A DNA stretch of 39,692 bases from Callorhinchus milii (taxonomy: Eukaryota): the NCBI RefSeq assembly GCF_018977255.1, contig NW_024705495.1:1-39692 (forward strand). The letters are read 5' to 3'. Each line of letters begins with the position of its first letter. The first letter of the stretch is position 1. Below the pieces are notes generated by a model, which was not told where the DNA came from, did not search any database, and was given only the letters and a program-made list of their open reading frames with translations. Below are positions 25,201 to 36,335 of the stretch, in pieces. The position numbers and the translations under genes were made by a program.

Positions 25201-26679
25201 CCTGTCCTGCAGATTATAACGAGGGGGACAGGTTAGCTCAATAGACAAAAAAAGTTGGGAGACGATGAGTAGATACTGCGTGTTGTGTTCTGTCCTCCGG
25301 AGATGTGGGCGACTCCATAGCAGCGGGGCACCAAAGGTTTGTCGAACGGCTAAACGTTATTTCAAAGTGTTCAGAATGGAGTCCGCCTAAATTTATATTG
25401 AGGTCGTGCCCCATGCCCTACAGTGCATGTGGGGCTCGCCGTCCTTTCCCTAGTCATCATTGCCTTCTCATAATACAAAAACGCACCTTTAGTAATTAGC
25501 AGAGTACACCATTATAAGTGTAATTGATCAAAGGTGAGCTCACACCGGCTGCAATTAAAACTATGCACGTTTCTGCATACCCTCTGCTGATAATGTAGCG
25601 AGTGCAGTGCAGGAGTGTGGAGATAGGACATGGACAAGGGAGGCCGTTTGAATGATCACCTTCAGGGTTTGTGAGTGATATCTATCTGCTCCCTCTTGTT
25701 TGGCCAGTCCTACGAATGGACCCTTTGCCTTGTGTCCGGGGAAGCGGTTGCGGTAGTGATCGTGCAGCGCTAGGAGGGGCAGGAATGTTGTCTGAGCGGT
25801 GGTGACCCTTGGAGAGCTGTGAATGTGCCACGTGTGCAAAGTGGTCTCCCACCTCTAGTGCGGATGCCCCTTCAGTTTCACAACCACCGGTTGAAGCTTA
25901 AGAAATGTTTAAATGATACCTTTTTGCAAACAGGTAAAGCGTTATATTTACTTGTGTGGCCATGTTACAACATCTGGGCGGTGGTGACTATGCACGTGGC
26001 CTGCAATCCATCACTGTGAAGGCAGTAAGGGTTCGTGGATCACCGCACACATTTTGCAAAACGTCTTTCCGTGGGAATCAAGGAGGAGCCATACATACCC
26101 TGGCTCGCCAGAAAAAGGGAGTAATGCAAAGTACGGACAAATATCTGTACTGGATAAAGTGTTGCTCCCTTGCACGGGTGAGTTTTCTCCTAGGTGCTCC
26201 GGTTTCCTCCCACATGTAAAAACGCCCATCAATTGTCAGAAAACATCTAAATATATAGAGGACCGCAGAGCTTGGGAAATTGTTGGTAGTGCCGGCTCCG
26301 TGCGTGATTTCTGCCTTCCAGCTTTTGTGGTTCGCAAGGAGATTGGGAGATGCTATTTGTATGGACGATGACGCTATATGTAATACTAAACAATTATGCA
26401 TTGGCAATTTGCATTATTATTGTTGTGACTGGCCGCTGCGTATTAAAAAACGATTGCAATACAAAGGTGAAATATTTTAAATTTCTTGTAACTAACAGAC
26501 CCAGGACCAAAAGCTTTGCCCACCTGGATGTCGCAAATTGGTGTCACGTAAACCTTGTCACATTCTAATTCTCTATATTTGTCTCCAAGTTCTTTTGCAG
26601 AACATTTTCACAAAGCAGACACTTGCTGCCACAACAAAAATTGTGTAACCCACGTACAAATATATTTTCTTGGGTTTGC

Positions 26680-26945
26680 CACACTGACGATCACACCTTC
26701 AACTCCGTGACTTAGAGGTAAAGGTTGGTTGACCACGTAGGGATGGGAGATCTGCATCGGGTTAGGTGACATGGCTCAGCTTTCGCAGAGACAACCGCTT
26801 GTTGTAGAGGATCCCAGCTGAAATCTGGCAAACCGGCATGGTTAATACTATAAGTGTCCGTATACTAAGCGCCGTCTGCATCACTTAGTGGACGTAAAGA
26901 TCTTGTGACCTCATTCGCAAGAGAAGGCTATCGTGTGCTGGCTTC
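26680..26945 (+). mobile_element. Possible degenerate DeuSINE/SINE3-like element
   Basis: 5S box-C-like GGATGGGAGA near 26741, and GTGGACGTAAAGATC...GCAAGAGAAGG near 26888 resembling the Deu domain as I recall it. Confidence 0.35.
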
Positions 26946-27016
26946 GTGATCCAAATTCTGAAATGTTTAGTAAATTTCAGTTCATTTTTCAGCATTCTGA
27001 TGTGGTGAATGCCAGT

Positions 27017-27238
27017 TAAATTTCGATTTAAAGCTTTCGTGACTGCAGGGATTCATTCATCTTCTTGGTTCTTTCGGTAAAGTACGTAGAGGAAAAATAA
27101 TAAAATAATACAAATAAAACATAATAAAATCATATTTTATTTTAGAATGTTTTTTTTTATTATAGTAATATTTTATTATGTTTTCTTTTTATTATTTTTC
27201 CTCTACGTGACTTTACCAAAAGAACCAAGAAGATGAAT
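27017..27238. mobile_element. Inverted-pair PLE insertion without the hammerhead part
   Basis: Minus arm carries the full tail; plus arm ends AAGAAGATGAAT. Direct repeat TGAATGCCAGTTAA at 27006-27019 and 27234-27247. Confidence 0.85.
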
Positions 27239-27338
27239 GCCAGTTAATTGAGATGACACAGCAGCAACCATCGCCCCCCTACTGGCAGACTAATGGACTT
27301 TGCTGCACTGCCCTCTGCTTTCAACATAGCCCCGGCAG

Positions 27339-27460
27339 CCCCCTACCACCACTGATTTTCTGTATGATGGTTGCCCATCCAGGCAATAGCCAGGCTGCAA
27401 CCTGCTTAGCTTCTGAGATCTGATTAGATTGGGCACATGGTTGGTGATTTGGTCGTCGGC
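27339..27460 (-). pseudogene. Degenerate 5S rRNA copy (pseudogene or 5S-SINE head)
   Basis: Minus strand GCCCAATCTAATCAGATCTCAGAAGCTAAGCAGGTTGCAGCCTGGCTATTGCCTGGATGGGCAACC aligns to vertebrate 5S (GCCCGATCTCGTCTGATCTCGGAAGCTAAGCAGGGTCGGGCCTGGTTAGTACTTGGATGGGAGACC). About 120 nt with many mismatches. Confidence 0.75.
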
Positions 27461-27715
27461 TCCTTACGGAGTCAAAGTGTCCACGTGTTGCCCCCGACTC
27501 GAATGAGCCATCCAGCGTCATCTTCGGACCGACGGCTGACCCGATGGTTTAGAGTTTGCCTGGCTTTGTGCTGTCCGCTCACCGCTTTGCGAAACACGTT
27601 TTTGTTGTGTTGTTTGATTTTTATCGCTTTTTTTTCTATACATAAAAGGTTTTTCAATATTTGTCAGTTGTGAAGACCATTTTTGTTTAATTTTTTGCCC
27701 TTTACAGTACATCCG

Positions 27716-27990
27716 GGCGCCGCGGTGGCGAGATGTGAACTCCCTTGCCTGGTATGCAGGAGATCGTGGGTTCAATCCCGACCCTGACGCCTGAATATTT
27801 GGAGTATGCATGTTCTCCCCGTGGTCGCTTGGATTTTTCTCTGGGGACTTCCGGTTTTCCCCTCCACATTTAGAATCAAAATGCGCTCAAAATATTTAGC
27901 TGTTATACATTTCCACCTGATAAGCCACTTAATTGAGCTATCATTTGTGTGACCAGGTCGCTTCTGAACAAGTGCTATAAATGCAAATTC
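27716..27990 (+). mobile_element. V-SINE-like element, apparently full length
   Basis: GGGCGCCGCGGTGGCGAGATG...GGGTTCAATCCC head, GCATGTTCTCCCCGTG core, tail AAGTGCTATAAATGCAAATT. Confidence 0.8.
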
Positions 27991-28039
27991 CTTTGTCATG
28001 GCCTCTTCCCCCTCCAACCCAGCTTAAATATACGCTGCC

Positions 28040-28246
28040 AAGCCTGGTGGTGTTCATTCAGACGCTGTCTTTCCGACAGACCTGTTCTTCACCTGAGGAC
28101 GGCTGCTTGCGTTGTGGCCGAAACGTCGTGAGAATTATTTTATTATGTTTTATTTTTTATTTTATTATTTCCCTTCTACGTGACTTTACCCAAAGAACCA
28201 AGAAGATGAATCCCTGCAGTCACGAAAGCTTTAAATCGAAATTTAA
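28040..28246 (+). mobile_element. PLE terminal repeat, subfamily A
   Basis: Hammerhead, AT-rich spacer, then CTACGTGACTTTACC...ATGAATCCCTGCAGTCACGAAAGCTTTAAATCGAAATTTA tail. Confidence 0.8.
28087..28132 (+). ncRNA. Minimal hammerhead ribozyme motif
   Basis: tcac CTGAGGA c GGCTGC ttgcgtt GTGGCC GAAAC GTC gtga. Predicted cleavage after 28127. Confidence 0.75.
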
Positions 28247-28454
28247 GGGCTATAAACTTCAGTGGTGCTTACCTGAGTACTGCAGATGTTGGGCAATTGT
28301 TGGTGCTGACACGCCACGTGGCTGCTACCAGAGGTTTTGATTCCTTACCCGTACCCGGCCGCACCAGGGTCGCAAACGGGTACCCGTACCCGGCCGTACC
28401 CGTACCCTACCTGTACCTGGCCGGGTACAGTGACTTTACCGAAAGAACCAAGAA

Positions 28455-28640
28455 GGTTTATATTTGGTTACATTGTCATTTGAAAAATAAGGGTAAATTG
28501 TGACAATGAAAGTTTTTTATAACAGTGTGTATTTCCACGTAACTTTTGGGTTAAAAAAATGTCAGAAGCAACTATTGGCCCCCGGGCATCTTCACTTTAT
28601 CAAATGTGACCCTCTTTGCAAAAAAGTTTGGACACCCCTG
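28455..28640. mobile_element. hAT/Charlie-type DNA transposon 3' end
   Basis: Ends AAAAAGTTTGGACACCCCTG, the reverse complement of the CAGGGGTGTCCAAAC hAT-like terminal repeat. Confidence 0.55.
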
Positions 28641-28657
28641 CCCTTAGGCAATCGGAT

Positions 28658-29070
28658 AGAGGGTGTGGCCACTGGGTTAGAGGGCGTGGCTACTGGATAG
28701 GGGGCGTGGCTACTGGGTTAGAGGGCGTGGCTACTGGATAGGGGGGCGTGGCTACTGGATAGGGGCGTGGCTACTGGGTTAGAGGGCGTGGCAGCTGAAT
28801 AAGGGGCGTGGCTACTGGATAGGGGGGCGTGGAAGCTGAATAAGGGGGCGTGGCAGCTGAATAAGAGGGCGTGGCAGCTGAATAAGGGGGCGTGGCAGCT
28901 GAGCAAGGGGGCGTGACTACCGAGTAAGGGGGCGTGGTTACTGAGTAAGGGGGCGTGGCTGCGGAGTGAGTAAGGGGGCGTGGCTGCGGAGCAAGGGGGC
29001 GTGGCAGCTGAACAAGGGGCGTGGCAGCTGAGTAAGGGGGCGTGGCTTCGGGCTAAAGGGGCGTGGCTGC
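28658..29070 (+). repeat. About 20-bp minisatellite, about 20 units, each with a GGGGCGTGGC (Sp/KLF GC-box) motif; candidate MIOS promoter
   Basis: Units such as AGGGGGCGTGGCAGCTGAATA. Followed by CACGTG (~29079), a CpG-rich stretch and a candidate donor CCG|GTGCGT at 29325/29326. Confidence 0.9.
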
Positions 29071-29614
29071 ATTAGGGGCACGTGGGTTGCCGGTCTTAGG
29101 CCGCGTTGTTTGTGTTTGTGCGAGTTGAGGCCGGGCCGCTTGGACACCGAGAGAGGAGAGAGAGACGCCGAGAGAGGAGAGAGAGAGACAGACGCCGAGA
29201 GAGAGAGACACCGAGAGAGGAGAGGCACTTGAGCACGGCGGAGCGAGACACTGGGGCTGCGAGCCCCGTGTGTGGTGTTGGACCCCCTCCGTTCGCGTGC
29301 GGCTCCAGGCGAGGAGAAGGCTCCGGTGCGTGCCCCGTGTGGTTTAAGGAAACAATCGGCGGGTTTGTTGTTGTTGTTGTTGTTTGTTGTTGTTGTGTCA
29401 ACACCGATAACCAAAAAAAAACACAACCGGTCATCGGTTTGCCACGCGGCTGAAATGAGCGATACACGCGACACGTTTACGCCTTTTTCACCGACACTAC
29501 CATCCCTGTATTAGGCATATTTGGTGGGGTAAAGTGTGGGTACGACGAGCCTCTTTGCAAGACGTCTCGTGAACGTGGAAAGAGGAGACCAACACATACA
29601 ACATCCCTCTCGCC

Positions 29615-29700
29615 CAGGGGGCTGGGAGAACGTCCGGCCCGCGGGCCGTATGAGGCCCACGAAATCATTTGGGTCTGGCCCTGCCAAGGCAACCGCAGGC
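29615..29700 (+). mobile_element. hAT-like 5' end fragment
   Basis: CAGGGGGCTGGGAGAACGTCCGGCCCGCGGGCC...AGGCCC...CTGGCCC subterminal GGCCC motifs. Confidence 0.4.
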
Positions 29701-29743
29701 AGGGACTCGAAATTCAATAAATCTAGGAGCAAACCTGGAAAAA

Positions 29744-29900
29744 CATACTCTTAGTTCTTTCGTTAAAGTCACGTAATTTGTTTAAAATTAATTTTAAATA
29801 AAAATATTTTTTTTATTAATTTTAAATTTTTTTCTACCCACGTGACTTTACCGAAAGAACTAAGAGTATGAATCCTTGCAGTCACGAAAGCTTCAAACCT
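29744..29900. mobile_element. Inverted-pair PLE insertion
   Basis: Direct repeat CAAACCTGGAAAA at 29730-29742 and 29894-29906. Only the plus arm has the tail. Confidence 0.8.
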
Positions 29901-30500
29901 GGAAAAGCAGTTGCGAGTAGCAGCAGCAACATCATCAATACCAGCAGCTAACATCATCACACGCCTCGCCAAAGAGAAGCAGTTCCAGCCATCGCATTAG
30001 GGGTGAGTTAGTACTGGTAGGAACGAAGTGGACCAGACCACCAATAGATTAATGTGTCCGTCCGTCCGTCCGTCCGTGGAGGGGTGGTGTTGAGGGTGGT
30101 GTTGGAAATGAAAGACTACGAGTCTTTAAATCTCACAGCGTTTCTTGTCAAAACAAACACTTTTAATTAACGTTACACTAGAATACAGTATTTTTTCTTT
30201 AACTCCTCTATACCCGGTCGATATCTCTGTACCGGTACTAACTATTATTCCTACCAGCCCACCCCGCACGGTCCTGTTTAAATGTTTGACCAAATTTCAC
30301 AGGATAATTTTTAAGTTGATAATTTTGTATGGCCCCGCGAATGATGTTAGAAATATTCAAAAAAGGTTCCCCACCCTCGCGAACGCTACAGAAACGAGAG
30401 GGCAGACGTGCCGCTACTGATATTCTATTGCAAACGGTTACCGGTTTACCGGTAGAACCAATGATACATCCCACCACAGCTGATCTTCGTAGCGTGCTCA

Positions 30501-31170
30501 GGGCGCCGCGGTGGCTAGGAGATGTTAACTACCTCGCCTGGTATACAGGAGATCGTGAATTCCATCCCGACCCTGAAGCCTCCCTGTGTATTTGGAGTTT
30601 TTGTGTCTCTCTATCTCATCATCATCACGGTGGCTAGGAGATGTTAACTACCTCGCCTGGTGTACAGGAGATCGTGGATTCCATCGCGACCCTGACGCCT
30701 GCTGTGTATTTGGAGTTTGTGTGTCTCTCTATCTCTCATCATCACGGTGGCTAGGAGATGTTAACTACCTCGCCTGGTATACAGGAGATCGTGGATTCCA
30801 TCCCGACCTTGACGCTTGCTGTGTATTTGGAGTTTGTGTCTCTATCTCATCATCATCACGGTGGCTAGATGTTAACTACCTCGCCTGGTATACAGGAGAT
30901 CGTGGATTCCATCCCGAACCTGACGCCTACTGTATATTTGGAGTTTGCGTGTCTCTATCTCTCATCATGACGGTGGCTAGGAGATGTTAACTACCTCGCC
31001 TGGTATACAGGAGATCGTGGATTCCATCCCGACCCTGACGCCTGCTGTATATTTGGAGTTGCGTGTCTCTCTCTTCCTGTGCACGCTTGGATTTGTCTCC
31101 AGGTCCTCCGGATTTTCCATCCACATTTAGAATCGTGCGTTTAGAGTATTCGGCTGCAGTACATTTAGTT
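30501..31170 (+). mobile_element. V-SINE with five tandem copies of its ~115-bp tRNA-derived head
   Basis: CGGTGGCTAGGAGATGTTAACTACCTCGCCTGGTATACAGGAGATCGTGGATTCCATCCCGACC starts near 30509, 30628, 30745, 30859 and 30971. Only the last unit continues into the SINE body. Confidence 0.85.
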
Positions 31171-31479
31171 TTACGCGGCCCGTTCGTCACACGAGACCGA
31201 TTCCTCGTTATCCGACTATCGTAATCCGAGTGCCAGTTCTCAAATGTATTTTGTCTCGCTAGGTGTGCGAACTCGGAAAGAGGCCAGCCAGGATGAGTCT
31301 GGTTTGCAGGAATCACCCGTGGCATTAGTCTGCCATTCCGGGGGGAGTGGTGTGGGCAGGCGTAATTGCAGCTGTGTTGTTAGTGTGTGTGTGTAATCCA
31401 AATGTAGTTGATTTGCGTGTGACAATTCCGAACGTGACAAATTTGAAATGCCATCACACGATGGCCTACGCTTGCGAAT

Positions 31480-31912
31480 TATATTCTTAGGTTTTTTCGG
31501 TAAAGTCACGTAGGTAAAACATTAAAATTAATAAAAGTAAAATAAAATAAAAATCACGACGTTTCGGAGGCAACACAAGCTTCCGTCTTCAGGTGGAACC
31601 GTCACAGCCACGACAGCTGTATCAAGTAAATGAGAGATTGCAAGAGCTACCACTCCGTATATATAATGGTTGGAGAAGGGGGGGGGTGAGGGCCAAGTGC
31701 AGCACACTTTTTATTAATATGGTAAAGTGAGGCTTAAGAGGATGAGCCTTTGTGACGGTTCCACCTGAAGACGGAAGCTTGTGTTGCCTCCAAAACGTCG
31801 TGATTTTTATTTTATTTTAATTTTAATTAATTTTAATGTTTTTCCTACGTGACTTTACCGAAAAAACCTAAGAATATGAATCCTTGCAGTCACGAAAGCT
31901 TCAAATCTAGAA
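31480..31912. mobile_element. Inverted-pair PLE insertion, subfamily B
   Basis: Direct repeat CTTGCGAATTAT at 31471-31482 and 31913-31924. Intact hammerhead on minus (31555-31595); the plus copy has GAAA mutated to AAAA near 31792. Confidence 0.85.
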
Positions 31913-32534
31913 CTTGCGAATTATGTTTGGGGGGGGGGGGGGGCAGCTTTAAACATCTACTGTGAATGAAGCAGACGGAATGTGTCAATATGGTGAAACG
32001 TCGCATATTAATTAGGGCGGCTGCTGGATTCGAACCGTGCGCCTCTGGTGGATCACGATGTCACCTACCCTGCAAGCATCTTAGCTGCACTAATCCGGGC
32101 GGGAGGAGGGGTTATAGGTTTGACCTGTAAGCAATGGTGCCTAATTCTGGTTCACTGGTCGCTTTAAGTGACGGAAGTGACTGTCTCGGAGCATCATTAG
32201 GCCGATGCGTAGTAACATCACCTTTGTGAACGGAACATGAAAGACCCCCATTGCGGTTGTGGCCATGCAACCCCAACTATGGATTGTGCAGTGAACTAAA
32301 GCACTGTGGTTTTATGTTTGTTTTCTCTCTCTCTCTGTGTGTCTGTGTTGTGTCTCTCTCTGCCCGTGTGTCTGTCTTTGTGTCTCCGTGTCTGTGTTTT
32401 GTCTCTCGCTCAAATTTCACACTTAACTTCTAATTTAGTAATCCTTGGAAGAACGTAATCAACCAGGCCATGCGTTAACCGACTATCTGTGTTGTATTGC
32501 ATTATATTTCTAGGTTTTGTTTTCTCTTTCATTT

Positions 32535-32638
32535 GTACCTGATGATGATTGCTTGTGCTGCAATCGAAACGTCGTATGCTATTATTTACTTGATTATTTT
32601 ATCTTTCTACGTGATTTTAATGAAAGAACCAAAGAGTA
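32535..32638 (+). mobile_element. Older PLE fragment with hammerhead motif (32535-32577), subfamily C
   Basis: gtac CTGATGA t GATTGC ttgtgct GCAATC GAAAC GTC gtat, then CTACGTGATTTTAATGAAAGAACCAAAGAG. Confidence 0.7.
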
Positions 32639-32884
32639 ATAGTGAAACTATACACAAACTCTCTCCCTTAAGCCCTCTAGTCGTGCCTGTGAGACCTTGA
32701 CATTGGCGTTTAGCTCCTGTACATATTGCTACCATACGCAAGAACAGAGTAGAAACAAAATTGACCGAGGTGCGAATGTTAATGTGTGGCCCCTGTTTAA
32801 ATATTCACCCACTGGTATGTTGCGGTTATTAATTAATATACAAAGCAAGCACAGGTGGACACCACAGAACCAGTGGTGTCATGA

Positions 32885-33412
32885 TGTAACGGGTTCCGGA
32901 GACACTTGTAGAGGTAACTTCTTTATTACACTCCAACAGTCCAACAGTCCTGATACTCTGTAACAACTCCCAGGTACACAGCCTAGGTACACAGCCTAGA
33001 TACACAGCCTAGATACTCTACTCTGGCTACACTCTGGAACTCGCCCTCACAAGGTCGTAGAGTCGGGAGTTCCAGAGTCCCACCACTGGCTCTCACAGCG
33101 TCCAGGGTCTCAGATGGCTGGTCTTGGGTCTTGAGCTACGACTGGCCCTGATCGGCCAGGGAGCTCCCCTTTTATGCCCAGTCCCCAACGAGGGGTGGGG
33201 CCGTGTGCGCCCCCAGATATCCCACAGAGCACACACCCCCCCCCTTTGGCGGTGCCAAGGGGCTTAAGCACCTGGGAACCCAACGCCTGGCGCCAAGAGG
33301 CTTAAGCGTCTGACTCGCCTGGGAACCCACGCCTGGCGCCAAGGGGCCCAAGCGCCTGGCCCGCCCAGGGTCCCAGAGCCCCCAGCAGCCCCTCCCTTCT
33401 TATGTCACTACA
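32885..33412 (-). mobile_element. Probable solo LTR (Gypsy-like)
   Basis: TGTA...TACA termini. On the minus strand a TATA-like CATAAAAGG (~33170-33177) precedes AATAAA (~32922-32927). Internal tandem repeats; flanks ATGA/ATGC may be an imperfect 4-bp TSD. Confidence 0.6.
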
Positions 33413-33955
33413 ATGCCATCCAGGTCACATTAATTATGTGACCGTACTTCACCACGGTGGTGGTTGGTACGGTTGGTGATGGCGTGGGGGAGCATAGACG
33501 GAGCTTAGACGTACAGGACAACAATGGATTGAAAAATATACCCCATATATTTATTTCATTATCGTCTTGGCCTTCCCAAGACTTGTGTTAATTAAGGAGT
33601 CAATCTTTGCGCGCTGGTTTCTCTCTTCTGGGTCTCATCAGTACAGTCAGGCGTTTTAACATTTGCTGGTTTGCCACAAGTTATTGGCTGGAGCCCTCTC
33701 TTGACACCATGGGCTTAGCATAAAACATTGCTGTAAAGCATCATTGTTTAAAAATAAGGCTGATTTTATTGTTGAGCCCCATCAGTCAGCCAGGGATTTT
33801 TAACGACATTTCCGGTGAGCAACATCGTAATATTGCTGGTCTGCTAGCATCCACATCCACGTTATAACTTTCTGAGCCACCCTTACTGGACATCTGTGAA
33901 AAAAGGCTTCATAGTGCAATGGCTTTCTCCAGCATAAATAAATATGATGATTCTG

Positions 33956-34034
33956 TAGTAGTAGGTTTTTACCCTTTAAACTGGTACAACGACTGACACC
34001 ATGTACCAGTTTAAAGGGTAAAAACCTACTACTA
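33956..34034. repeat. Perfect 33-bp inverted repeat with a 13-nt loop
   Basis: TAGTAGTAGGTTTTTACCCTTTAAACTGGTACA - acgactgacacca - TGTACCAGTTTAAAGGGTAAAAACCTACTACTA. Confidence 0.9.
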
Positions 34035-34292
34035 TATTTTGCCACTGGTAAAGGAGGTCTCATGGTGTAAATGATGATTCAGTAGTAATGATGATTCAGT
34101 AGTAATGTGTAATCTCCATCATTGTCTTGGCCAGGCTCGGTGGAGCAGGAGTCTCTGCATCTTGGTCGTAACGCCGGGTCGCCGCTCGGCTGCGGTGTCG
34201 CGACAGACGGCCCCACGGATTTCGCCCGTGAATAGGCCGGTGCCCGGGCCCAGGAGGCGGCGGGGGACCCCGGTCGTGAACCGCCCGCCGCC

Positions 34293-35621
34293 ATGAGCGG
34301 CTCCCGGCCAGACGTGGTGTGGTGCCCGCAAAACGGCAACCGCTTCGTGATCTGCGACTCAGAAATCTCGCTGTACCGCGTGGACGCGGCGCGTGGCGGC
34401 GGCGGGGAGGCGCGCGATGGCAGCCACCGCCTGTCAGAGGATTCGACCGCCACCCTCCTCGACGTCAACTCGGAGACTCCCTACATGAAGTGCATGGCCT
34501 GGTGCCCCTGGCAGAAGTCCGAGTGCCTCCTGGCGGTGGGTCAAGCCAACGGGCGCGTCGTGCTGACGAGCCTGGGCCAGGACGGCCTGGCTCGCCACAA
34601 GGAGCTCGTGGGCAAGGAGTTTGTGCCGAAGCACGCGCGGCAGTGCAACGCGCTGGCGTGGAACCCGCACGACCGCAGCCTGCTGGGCGCCGGCCTCGAC
34701 AAGCACCGCGCGGACTTCTCCGCGCTGGTGTGGGACGTCAACGCCAAGTTCACGGCCTCCGAGGGCGCCTCGGCCGCCGCCATCATGGAGCGCGGGCGGC
34801 TGCTGCTGTCTGGCGAGGCCGAGACGAACATGGTGGTGACGAAGCCCGTGTGCGAATTCGGGCAGAACGACGCTTGCCTCTCGCTGGCGTGGCTGCCCCG
34901 GGACGCCCGCCTGCTGCTGGCGGGGATGCAGCGCAACCTGGTGACCTACGACCTGCGCGACACGACGCAGAAGAAGCTGTTTGCCAACACCAAGGCGGTG
35001 CAGGGCGTGACCTTCGACCCGCACTTCCCCGACCGCTTTGCGTCGTTCTTCGAGGGCCAGGTGGCCGTGTGGGACCTGCGCGTGCCCGACAAGCCGGTGC
35101 TCACGCTCAACGAGCCGTCGCGCCAGCTGAGCAAGGTAGCGTGGTGCCCGACGCGCACGGGGCTGCTGGCGACGCTGGCGCGCGACAGCGGCGTCGTGCG
35201 GCTCTACGACATGCAGCACACGGCGCCCGGCGCGCTGGGGGACGAGGCGGAGCCGCCCATCATCGAGCGCAGCGTGCAGCCGTGCGACGGCGCCGTGGCC
35301 TCGTTCGCGTGGGTGCCCACGTCGCAGAACGGCATGCTGGCGCTCAGCCAGTCGCGCGCGCTTGTCGACTTCACGGTGTTCGAGCGCATCGCGCTGGACT
35401 GGTGCCCGCCGCCTCGCTTGTGTGGGCCTGCGGCCGCCAGCTCTACAACTGCGCCGAGAGCCCTGCGGGGGCCGGGCAGGCCGCAGAGCAGGACATCTCG
35501 GCGAAGATGAAGCGGCGCGCGCTGAACCGCTATGGCGTGGAGACGGAGCTTGTGTGGACTAACCACGTGCTGGCCATGGACGACGACCCGCAGCTCAAGT
35601 CGCTGTGGTACACGCTACACT
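34293..35621 (+). CDS. MIOS: GATOR2 complex subunit MIOS, first large coding exon (WD40 propeller); apparent 1-nt frameshift near 35408
   Basis: [10 protein letters not shown]...[20 protein letters not shown]...[13 protein letters not shown]...[14 protein letters not shown]...DFTVFERI, continuing in another frame as [12 protein letters not shown]...[12 protein letters not shown]; all match human MIOS. Kozak context GCCGCCATG. Confidence 0.95.
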
Positions 35622-36335
35622 ATATCCTTTTTGGCGCAGAGGCCGCGGGAAGCAAAAAGCCCGCTCGCTCGTTCGCTCGCTCGCTGCTCCCTTACCGATC
35701 GCCGATCGCTCAAACGGCTGCGAGCTTCACGGGAAGGAAGGGGATGAGCGGTATGGGGTAGCACAGGGGTGCACAACCTCTCTGGGCCCATGGACCGCCA
35801 CCACACAGTGAATGAAAATGTGGCTTTAGGTGAAAATAATTGGTCTCTGCAGTGGCTGTGTGGACCGCCTCCACCCCTCCGGCTGTGCGGATCACCAGGG
35901 GTTCCGCAGACCATGAGCACGCCGATAGCTTAGAACGTAGGTTTTGGTAGCCGATACTTTTGCGTGGTATTTGTGTTGAGGTTTGGGCCGCGTGGTAAAT
36001 AGTTTAATGCCAAAATTACCATCCCTAACCATGCACCACATGGATTGATTGCAACCTTTGCAAAGATATGACTTTTACGTGCAGATGAATTGGTTGTATG
36101 TATGTTGCATTTCTGTTGCACCGTACGTAGCCGACTGTGTTAATCGGAGGTGCGGGGTAAGGACAAACAAACTAAATACAAAAAGCAGTTCTAAAGAAAT
36201 TAGCTTTCAATCCAGATTTAAAAGTGCATAGATCCCAGTGGCATCCGAATATTGGTTGATATAATGAGTATCACATTGTCAACAGTGGTGGTCCACTAAG
36301 GAGACTCATAGCGCCCCACAATAGGAATGGGTAAT

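Noticed and set aside
27268..27288. CTCF-like motif GCCAGTAGGGGGGCG (minus strand)
   Set aside because: It has one G more than the consensus core, and a single motif cannot be supported without binding data.
27339..27460. Functional 5S rRNA gene
   Set aside because: Many substitutions including in box C, no oligo-T terminator and no tandem array; kept only as a pseudogene.
30501..31070. CRISPR-like array or tRNA gene cluster
   Set aside because: Whole units repeat without unique spacers and match the head of SINE copies elsewhere in the window; I could not see an intact cloverleaf.
34319..35400. Long alternative-frame and antisense ORFs over MIOS (likewise over MEN1 and H1x)
   Set aside because: Shadow ORFs caused by extreme GC3. 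Only the part of the 34319 ORF from ~35410 to 35621 is genuine MIOS.
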